Assembly: GCA_013151575.1 (NCBI GenBank)
Contig: JAADHZ010000081.1
Coordinates: forward strand, 1 to 50,298
DNA length: 50,298 nucleotides
Direction of reading: 5' to 3'
From: Gammaproteobacteria bacterium
GTDB taxonomy: Bacteria > Pseudomonadota > Gammaproteobacteria > SZUA-152
Below, in pieces: positions 29,159-36,053 of the stretch. Both the position numbers and the translations under genes were made by a program. Under the pieces are notes generated by a model. The model saw only the letters and a list, made by a program, of their open reading frames with translations, was not told where the DNA came from and made no database searches. How positions within the stretch are numbered: position 1 is the stretch's first letter; each line of letters begins with the position of its first letter.

Positions 29159-30172
29159 TTATAAAACACCATCAAGGTTCTTATTTTGCACAGGAATTTG
29201 GGCGTTGCTTTCACACCCTTCAGCGAGTTGTTTTAGCAGCATTCCCCGGGGGTCAATCTGTAAGGCCGTTTGATAGGGGCTCAGTAGGTCAACCGTCTGC
29301 GCTCTGGCCATCGTTAAAATTTTCATTCCGCCATCGGTCATGGGCCAGGTCAACTCGGGGAGTTTTGGCTCGATAACCACGATGATCGCGCCACAGCCAC
29401 AAGGACAGCGTTGCGATGACACCCGTTTTGATGAGGTCCGCTCATCCGGCAAATACCACGGCCGAGATCGGTATAACAGGCGATCAATGATTTTCAACAT
29501 GGACCATGGTTGGGACAATGTTTGTTCCATGCTTTGGGTGCCATCGGAACTTTGTGATACGTGGTTTATGATAACCACGTCTAAATTTTGTAAACAGCAA
29601 ATGGCATCAGTCGGTGCGAAGTCCACGACGGCCCCATCGCAGCAATATTTGTTATCAATTTTCACCGGTTGATACAATATCGGAATAGCTGCACTGGCCA
29701 TGATTCGCGGAGCTAGCTCTCCCGTTGAAAAAATAATTTTTTCCCCGTCATCCAAGTTGATCGCCAGAGCGTAAAAAGGAAATTGACAGTCTTCGAAAAT
29801 TTGCGCGTTGAGATTTTTCCGACAAAATTCCTGGGCGGTTTGGGTGTCCGAAAGACCGGAAATACCACGACCTTTGTGGCCTACCATACGCCAGAAAAAT
29901 CCGGGTAAAGACAGTGGTTGCCAAAAATCTTTTTTCTCCACCGTGGTCAAGGTTGAAACCCAGTTGGACAACGGGGTGCCGCTGGCAACCATTCCTCCCA
30001 CCAATGCGCCCGCACTACAACCAGCCATGGCGGAAATTGGTAGACCCAGAGACTCCAATGCCATAAGGAAGCCAGTATGTGCATAAACACCGCGTCCACC
30101 CCCTGAACTGAGCACGACGCCAATTCGTGGATAACCAGGCGTTAAAGGGGATGAATGATTAGCATCAGTCAT
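29159..30172 (-). CDS. Patatin-like phospholipase
   Basis: Oxyanion GGGRGVYAHTG, lipase serine GCSAG (GxSxG), catalytic Asp CCDGAVVD. Also a CPCGCG cluster near the C-terminus. Confidence 0.85.
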   Translation of the reverse strand: MTDANHSSPLTPGYPRIGVVLSSGGGRGVYAHTGFLMALESLGLPISAMAGCSAGALVGGMVASGTPLSNWVSTLTTVEKKDFWQPLSLPGFFWRMVGHKGRGISGLSDTQTAQEFCRKNLNAQIFEDCQFPFYALAINLDDGEKIIFSTGELAPRIMASAAIPILYQPVKIDNKYCCDGAVVDFAPTDAICCLQNLDVVIINHVSQSSDGTQSMEQTLSQPWSMLKIIDRLLYRSRPWYLPDERTSSKRVSSQRCPCGCGAIIVVIEPKLPELTWPMTDGGMKILTMARAQTVDLLSPYQTALQIDPRGMLLKQLAEGCESNAQIPVQNKNLDGVL

Positions 30173-30218
30173 TTTTGTCCGTTCCCGTTATAAAACGTGG
30201 GTATAAAACTGCCTGAGT

Positions 30219-30542
30219 TTATGTTTCGTGTTGATCATCCACAGGTTTCATCACGTCGGAGTGGAGATAATGTTCGGGTTCTGTGTCAAATTTATCGAGA
30301 CAACTTCTGGAACAAAACCGATAAAGCGTGCCTTTATACATTTTTCCATAACCCTGCTCGGTTTCAACTTCCATATCACAAACTGGGTCAACATATTTTT
30401 CAATTTGATCAGTATTATTGACCGTATTGCCCCCGGAACGGGAGTGGCCACCGCGCCTACGCATCAGGTGCGAACCGCACCCGAAACGCATCATCAGATA
30501 GATAAAAGCGGCGAAGAGCAAAAATGAACCTAAACCTTCCAT
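30219..30542 (-). CDS. Membrane-anchored YHS domain protein
   Basis: N-terminal TM helix and GCGSH motif. C-terminal YHS/TRASH domain (DPVCDMEV...YRFCSRSCLDKF). Confidence 0.8.
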   Translation of the reverse strand: MEGLGSFLLFAAFIYLMMRFGCGSHLMRRRGGHSRSGGNTVNNTDQIEKYVDPVCDMEVETEQGYGKMYKGTLYRFCSRSCLDKFDTEPEHYLHSDVMKPVDDQHET

Positions 30543-30570
30543 ACCCCACCTCCTGCATGTGTGCTCATTA

Positions 30571-30750
30571 TACTAAGGAGTACGTTGGTTAGACGACATA
30601 ACCGGCACCTATTGGCCTGCGCCTTCGTTGGGCGTTGTGAAAAAATCCTCAATGTATCAGCATACGCCTGCGGTTTTTCACAATGCCCGCCTTGTCTCGG
30701 CTCAATAGTCACTCGCCTATGTCGCCCAACCAATGTACTCCTTAGTAACT
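30571..30750. repeat. Palindromic element, long nested form (copy 2; MITE/REP-like)
   Basis: The termini TACTAAGGAGTACGTTGGTTAGACGACATAACCGG and CGCCTATGTCGCCCAACCAATGTACTCCTTAGTA are the two arms of copy 1 in inverted order. The ~110-bp interior holds a second hairpin, GGGCGTTGTGAAAAA (30630-30644) against TTTTTCACAATGCCC (30674-30688). Confidence 0.85.
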
Positions 30751-30965
30751 AAATATCTCCAATGCTATTCACGATAGATCACGTTGGCTGTATACCTTGA
30801 TTCAGATTATACAAACCGACGACCTGTCTGGTGTTTGATCGTGTTCTGTCGATTTATAAAACTTAGCGGAGGTTAGGTGTTGCCCTCCCTACAGAAAGAA
30901 GCTGAATTTCATTTAGTGCTCCCGGCATCACCGTAACAAAACACGCTGACTATCCTGTTTTAAAT

Positions 30966-33527
30966 TCACAAACGTACATTTTTCAGTCGCAGGGCATTCA
31001 TGATGACCGACACTGAACTAAGGCTCATCGCCGCTGCGGCAATGATGGGTGACAATAAAATGCCGAAGAAGGGATAAAGTAGCCCCGCCGCCACCGGCAC
31101 GCCTAACGAGTTATAGATGAAGGCGAAGAATAGGTTTTGACGAATGTTGCTCATGGTGGCTTGCGATAAACGCCGCGCCCGCACAATGCCGCGTAAATCA
31201 CCTTTCACCAATGTTACTCCGGCACTCTCCATGGCCACATCAGTACCCGTGCCCATTGCCACACCCACATGGGCTTGCGCCAGGGCCGGGGCATCGTTGA
31301 TACCATCACCGGCCATGGCGACAATACGTCCTTCATCTTGAAGTTGTTTGACCACCGCAGCCTTACCGTCAGGCAATACTTCTGCGTGCACCTGGTCAAT
31401 GTCCAGCTTGGCGGCTACTGCTTCAGCAGTTTTTCGGCTATCTCCAGTGAGCATCACCACTTTGATGCCTGCGGCGTGCAGGTCGCGAATGGCCTCCGGC
31501 GTGGTTTCTTTGATGGGGTCAGCCACACCAATCAACCCGGCGGCCTTGCCGTCAATGGCAAAAAACATCACGGTCTGACCTTCAGCGCGTTGTATGTCCG
31601 CCTGCTGCGGAAGCTCACCTGCGTCGATGCCTAAATCTTCCAGCAATTTAATGTTACCCATGGCTAGACTATGCCCGTCTACATCGCCCGTCACACCCTT
31701 ACCGGTGATTGATTGAAAATTGTGGGTCTTCACCAATGCCAGCTTGCGCTCTACAGCGCCTTGCACAATGGCGGCGGCCAGCGGGTGCTCACTGGCTCGC
31801 TCCAGGCTGGCAATGAGCCGCAGAGCGTCGTCTTTGGCAAGGTCGCCGACGGGGTTTACTGCAACCAATTTCGGCTTGCCTTCGGTCAACGTGCCGGTTT
31901 TATCCACTACCAGGGTGTCTACCTTTCTCAACACTTCCAACGCTTCGGCATTTTTGAACAGCACTCCCATCATCGCGCCTTTGCCGGTACCCACCATGAT
32001 GGACATGGGGGTGGCTAGGCCCAGTGCGCAGGGGCAGGCGATGATCAATACTGCCACCGCATTAATCACGGCATATGCAATGGCCGGTTCCGGTCCCCAC
32101 AGACTCCAGACGATAAAGGTGATAACGGCAACTGCCATCACCACGGGGACAAAGTAACCGGCTACAAGATCGACCAACCGTTGAATCGGCGCGCGTGAGC
32201 GCTGAGCGTCAGCAACCATTTGTACAATTTGTGCTAACAGCGTATCCGCCCCTATTTTTTCCGCCCGCATCAACAGACCACCGGTGCCGTTGACGGTGGC
32301 GCCAATGAGACGTTCGCCCTTGCTTTTTCCTACGGGCAACGGCTCGCCGGTCACCATGGATTCATCGACATTGCTTTCGCCGTCAATCACTGAACCATCT
32401 ACAGGGACTTTTTCCCCGGGACGCACGCGTAGGGTGTCGCCCACCTGTACATGTTCCATGGGAATGTCTTCTTCGGTACCGTCCTCGCGCACGATACGTG
32501 CGGTCTTGGGTGCCAGGCCTAACAATAATTTGATGGCTGCATTGGTCTGGCTGCGCGCTCGTAGCTCCAGCACTTGTCCCAGCAAAATCAACGCGGTGAT
32601 CACCGCTGCCGCCTCAAAATAAACGGGCACCACGCCAACGTCATTGAATACCGCCGGTGGAAACACCCCGGGAGCAATCGTGGCGATGACGCTGTAGGTC
32701 CATGCCACCGAAACACCCAGCCCAATGAGGGTAAACATATTCAGGTTACGCGTGACAATTGACTGTATGGCGCGCACATAAAATATCCAGCCACCCCAGA
32801 TGATCACTGGTGTTGCCACGATCATTTCCAGCCACTGGCGCAGGTTGGGGGCGATCAAATCCGCCATAGCTTTGGGCCAAAATTCAGCCGCCATGGCACT
32901 GAGCAACACCGGAATTGCCAGCGCGGCGCTGACCCAAAGACGTTTGCTCATGTAATCCAGTTCGCTAGTATCCTCCTCCGCTTCCACGGTGACGGCTTCC
33001 AACGCCATGCCGCACTTGGGGCAACTGCCGGGGTGGTCCTGGACAATCTCTGGGTGCATGGGGCAAGTGTATTCAGTTTTGGTGGCAGTCAGTGGTACGC
33101 CTTTGGGTTCCAGCGCCATACCACATTTGGGACAGGCGCCCGGTCCCTGTTGTTCGACCTCGGGATGCATGGGGCAGGTGTAGGTTGCCGATTCATCAAC
33201 CGGTGTTTCTTTGCGAGTATGCGAATGCCCCTGATGTGAATCATGATGTAAGTATTGGCATGGGTCCTTCTCAAATTTATGCAGGCAGCCTTCGCTACAA
33301 AAGTAATAATTCTGGTCATCATGTCGGGTGTGGTGCTCCGAATCGGTGGTGACATCCATGTCGCACACCGGGTCTTTAAGTGCCTCAGTTTTCACATAGT
33401 GGGCGGGATCATTTTCGAATTTATGAAGACAATGTTCACTGCAAAAGAAGTATTCTTCTCCCACGTGTTTTGTACAAACCGCCTTGTCTTCAGACACCTC
33501 CATGCCACACACCGGATCTGTTTTCAT
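30966..33527 (-). CDS. copA: Cu(I)-translocating P1B-type ATPase with 2x YHS plus 2x CPxH...CPKCGM N-terminal metal-binding modules
   Basis: CPC ([13 protein letters not shown]), [21 protein letters not shown]. The P1B-1 signatures YN (FIYNSLGVP) and MSLSS are present. N-terminus has [36 protein letters not shown], and two YTCPMHPE...CPKCGMALE units. No GMTCxxC HMA domain. Confidence 0.92.
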   Translation of the reverse strand: MKTDPVCGMEVSEDKAVCTKHVGEEYFFCSEHCLHKFENDPAHYVKTEALKDPVCDMDVTTDSEHHTRHDDQNYYFCSEGCLHKFEKDPCQYLHHDSHQGHSHTRKETPVDESATYTCPMHPEVEQQGPGACPKCGMALEPKGVPLTATKTEYTCPMHPEIVQDHPGSCPKCGMALEAVTVEAEEDTSELDYMSKRLWVSAALAIPVLLSAMAAEFWPKAMADLIAPNLRQWLEMIVATPVIIWGGWIFYVRAIQSIVTRNLNMFTLIGLGVSVAWTYSVIATIAPGVFPPAVFNDVGVVPVYFEAAAVITALILLGQVLELRARSQTNAAIKLLLGLAPKTARIVREDGTEEDIPMEHVQVGDTLRVRPGEKVPVDGSVIDGESNVDESMVTGEPLPVGKSKGERLIGATVNGTGGLLMRAEKIGADTLLAQIVQMVADAQRSRAPIQRLVDLVAGYFVPVVMAVAVITFIVWSLWGPEPAIAYAVINAVAVLIIACPCALGLATPMSIMVGTGKGAMMGVLFKNAEALEVLRKVDTLVVDKTGTLTEGKPKLVAVNPVGDLAKDDALRLIASLERASEHPLAAAIVQGAVERKLALVKTHNFQSITGKGVTGDVDGHSLAMGNIKLLEDLGIDAGELPQQADIQRAEGQTVMFFAIDGKAAGLIGVADPIKETTPEAIRDLHAAGIKVVMLTGDSRKTAEAVAAKLDIDQVHAEVLPDGKAAVVKQLQDEGRIVAMAGDGINDAPALAQAHVGVAMGTGTDVAMESAGVTLVKGDLRGIVRARRLSQATMSNIRQNLFFAFIYNSLGVPVAAGLLYPFFGILLSPIIAAAAMSLSSVSVIMNALRLKNVRL

Positions 33528-33779
33528 CTCACACCTCTTTGTTGTTTCTGTTGCTGCTATCTATCGCCATGCTCAGGAGCTAATTGCTGTGTTTTTTTAC
33601 TTGCTAGTGATCGTGTAATGACCCACCATTTTTAACATGTTCCAAAATATATTCTTTAAAACCTGACGGTAATTCAAGACCATAAGAATCTACTAAGGGA
33701 TGGTAATTGAATAACTATTATATGTTTAAGCTGATTATCAGCCTATCCTGACAACCTATTCGCCACTTGTAAGGGTTAT

Positions 33780-34271
33780 TTAATGATTATAGAAATTGAA
33801 TAACCCACAAATCGTAACAGCATTATAATACGCTTCGTTGCTCCACCCGGAATTCAGTACTGCATCAATATCTTTTTGAGTTATTTTGTAGGATTCTTTG
33901 GTAACCTTTTTTACATGTTTAAGCAGTACTTTCATTTTATCTTCAATATTGGCAGTATCTATATTGTCGATAATGGCTTCTATCAGCCCTTCTTCTATAC
34001 CAAAAGCCTCTGCAAAAGCAGAATGACCTCCATAACAAAAATCGCAGGAATTTAAGCCTGATGTATAGGCTGCAATTAATTCGCAATATTTTTTTGGCAA
34101 TTCCTCGCTACCTTTGAGTAGTTCCTGAGTCGCTTTCAAAATAGGCTTCCCACTTTCTGGAAATTTTTCTAAGATACCTTCAGGCCCAGTATCTTTGGGT
34201 ATATTTGATATAAAGGGCAATTTATTTTTCCTGTCGTTAACCATTATTAAATGCATTAATAAACGCAACAA
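33780..34271 (-). CDS. Carboxymuconolactone decarboxylase / AhpD-like family protein
   Basis: AhpD-type CxxC (NSCDFCYGGHS). Very AT-rich gene. Start uncertain (TTG 34271, ATG 34256 or 34244). Confidence 0.55.
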   Translation of the reverse strand: MLRLLMHLIMVNDRKNKLPFISNIPKDTGPEGILEKFPESGKPILKATQELLKGSEELPKKYCELIAAYTSGLNSCDFCYGGHSAFAEAFGIEEGLIEAIIDNIDTANIEDKMKVLLKHVKKVTKESYKITQKDIDAVLNSGWSNEAYYNAVTICGLFNFYNH

Positions 34272-34323
34272 TACGACTTAACTTGGCGGCTGATTTTTCT
34301 GGTAAACAGAGGCGCCTCCTGCG

Positions 34324-34800
34324 TTATTCGCCAACCAGTTTGTGCATGTCCATATCGGTTTTTTGTTGCGCTTCCATATGTTTTATGAGCTGATTCAGCA
34401 TCCCCTGTATTGTGTCCATACGTTTTTCCACCACCGTGTGGTGTTTCATCATAGCGCTCATATTCGGCATTCCGACAGTCCCTTTTTCGCCACTCATGCC
34501 TCCCATCATACCCTGCATCCGGGCCATATTTTTTTTCATTTTCTGCATGTGTTGCAGCATGAATTGTTGTCGCTGTTTGGGGTCTTTTGTGCCGTTAATG
34601 TTGTCCATGGTTTTTTGCATGTCAGCCATGAAGTCACGCATGCCACCCATATCATTCATGGACATCCCATCTTTTGAGTGGGTCATTCCGGGCATAGATT
34701 TCTGCGGATGGTCACTTTTGTGATGATCGCTATCTGCAAGCGTGACCGTTGACATGAAAATCACTGCAACGGTTATACCGGTCAATAGAACTGTTTTCAT
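34324..34800 (-). CDS. Periplasmic Met/His-rich protein (probable Cu(I)-binding)
   Basis: Signal peptide MKTVLLTGITVAVIFMSTVTLA. By my count, 28 Met in 158 residues, in MxxM/GM-type strings (SMPGMTHSKDGMSMNDMGGM, MQGMMGGMSG). His clusters (DHHKSDH). Confidence 0.7.
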   Translation of the reverse strand: MKTVLLTGITVAVIFMSTVTLADSDHHKSDHPQKSMPGMTHSKDGMSMNDMGGMRDFMADMQKTMDNINGTKDPKQRQQFMLQHMQKMKKNMARMQGMMGGMSGEKGTVGMPNMSAMMKHHTVVEKRMDTIQGMLNQLIKHMEAQQKTDMDMHKLVGE

Positions 34801-34845
34801 CTTGTTTCTCCTTGTGGTTTTACAAATGGTTTTTGCGTATCCGCT

Positions 34846-35250
34846 TCAATTGATTGATTCAATCAAATGGCAAATTGCATTCCCGTCGGGGTCACCGTCT
34901 GCCATCTGTTTCCATTTTTCCAATGCATCATCCATGCGTTGTTGCAACCTGTTCAGCTCAGCCAGTTTGTCCCTGTTTTCATCAATGCGCTGTTGAATCA
35001 TGTCTCGTACTGCACCGCAGGGGGATTGTCCGTGGCTGCTGTGATCAAAAATTGTCTCGATGTCACGCAACGTAAACCCAATTCCTTTGGCCTGACGAAT
35101 AAACTTCACCTTTTTGATGTCGTCATCGGTAAAAAGTTTGTAGCCGTTGCCGGGGTCGCGCACCGGGGTCAACAAACCAATGCGTACGTAATGGCGAACG
35201 GCATCTGGTGTCGTTTGCGCCGCTTTTGACAAATCGCTGACGGTTAGCAT
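34846..35250 (-). CDS. MerR-family metal-responsive transcriptional regulator
   Basis: MerR HTH MLTVSDLSKAAQTTPDAVRHYVRIGLL, FIRQAKGIGFTLRDI, a long dimerisation helix, and Cys/His candidates (HSSHGQSPCG, AICH). ATG at 35250 is preferred over the ORF-track start at 35337, because a promoter-like site lies inside the extension. Confidence 0.85.
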   Translation of the reverse strand: MLTVSDLSKAAQTTPDAVRHYVRIGLLTPVRDPGNGYKLFTDDDIKKVKFIRQAKGIGFTLRDIETIFDHSSHGQSPCGAVRDMIQQRIDENRDKLAELNRLQQRMDDALEKWKQMADGDPDGNAICHLIESIN

Positions 35251-35301
35251 GTTCTTAATATTCCTGATGTTGTCACGCCATTCAATTCCGAACGTAGTGT
35301 G

Positions 35302-35333
35302 AGTGTAAATCCTGGGTGCTGCACACAGGTCAA
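35302..35333 (-). promoter_or_regulatory. MerR-type promoter/operator: -35 TTGACC, 20-bp spacer with an imperfect 9-1-9 dyad, -10 TACACT
   Basis: The minus strand reads TTGACC-TGTGTGCAGCACCCAGGATT-TACACT. The dyad CCTGTGTGC-A-GCACCCAGG (8 of 9 arm positions complementary) overlaps the last two bases of the -35 hexamer and runs into the over-long spacer, about 50 nt upstream of the merR-like ATG. Confidence 0.45.
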
Positions 35334-35752
35334 GCAATTTTTCGCCAAGTATTTCACGCTTTCAATGACCCATGTTTATGGTCGTGACCATCACCAGCTG
35401 CTTTGCTCAGTGTATTTATGTCCATACGTCATATTCCTCATGGATAGGTCACCGCGAAAATATCCATTGCCCTCTTCGTGGGGGCGGCATTTTTTGGCCT
35501 CGTCGCCATGGGGCATGGTGTTGTAGGTGTACAAAGGCAGTGATCACCGTTATCCCTACTCCGAGCCATGCTCAGTCATTGTTCCTGCACCGATGGTTTT
35601 AGAAAAGGGCGCTCCAGTGTCCGAGTCTTTATTCTAATAAATTCAACTGGTTAGAATATCTGGCGCTGTGCATGTTGTTATCCGAAATCATAAGTGTTTG
35701 ATGTGGCAATATTGTATTGAAAATGCTCACGCTCATTGCTCAACCTGAAACA

Positions 35753-35800
35753 GCTTGCCCATGAAGGTGCAGGCCAAAGTAGGTGCTGGTTATGTCGTTT
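35753..35800. repeat. Partial, diverged third copy of the palindromic-element family
   Basis: GCTTGCCCATGAAGGTGCAGGCCAAAGTAGGTGCTGGTTATGTCGTTT aligns at roughly 80% by eye with the reverse complement of 30590-30640 (CAACGCCCAACGAAGGCGCAGGCCAATAGGTGCCGGTTATGTCGTCT). Confidence 0.5.
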
Positions 35801-36053
35801 ATCAGTCGAAGCAACGGTGACAGGTTGTGTGGGATCAATACATATTGGTATTGTAGGGTTTTATTGTTGGGTGCCAGCCCGACAAGTCGCCAAGCCACCG
35901 AAACCCTTAAAGTTTTTAAATGAAAAGCCGCTTTGGTAGGCGATGTTTTCACCGTAGCTCTGAGTGTCGGCATGCATGTGTCATGGAAAAATCCGAAACG
36001 AACAATAATAATGCGATCGCATAAATCCCACCTCAGTACACAGGAATTCCTCG

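Noticed and set aside
29159-30172. Patatin gene as a CapV-like CBASS effector, with the HD-GYP as a cGAMP phosphodiesterase.
   Set aside because: No CD-NTase/cyclase, Cap2/Cap3 or other CBASS component is visible in the window. The neighbours are metal-related. It is kept only as a side hypothesis in the operon finding.
10324-30750. Considered whether the two palindromic element copies delimit a 20-kb composite mobile unit.
   Set aside because: The interval contains core genes (rnhA, dnaQ, ugd) of high G+C. The copies are small non-autonomous repeats, and a third partial copy lies outside the interval.
33641-33690. Possible second MerR-type promoter upstream of copA (minus strand TTGAAT-N19/20-TATATT).
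   Set aside because: The spacer length fits, but there is no convincing dyad, and it shows no similarity to the dyad at 35311-35329. In very AT-rich DNA, hexamers like these arise by chance.
35354-35425. Tiny minus-strand ORF MDINTLSKAAGDGHDHKHGSLKA (His-rich) just upstream of the MerR-type promoter.
   Set aside because: Only 23 codons, no obvious ribosome-binding site and no way to assess conservation. It could easily be chance.
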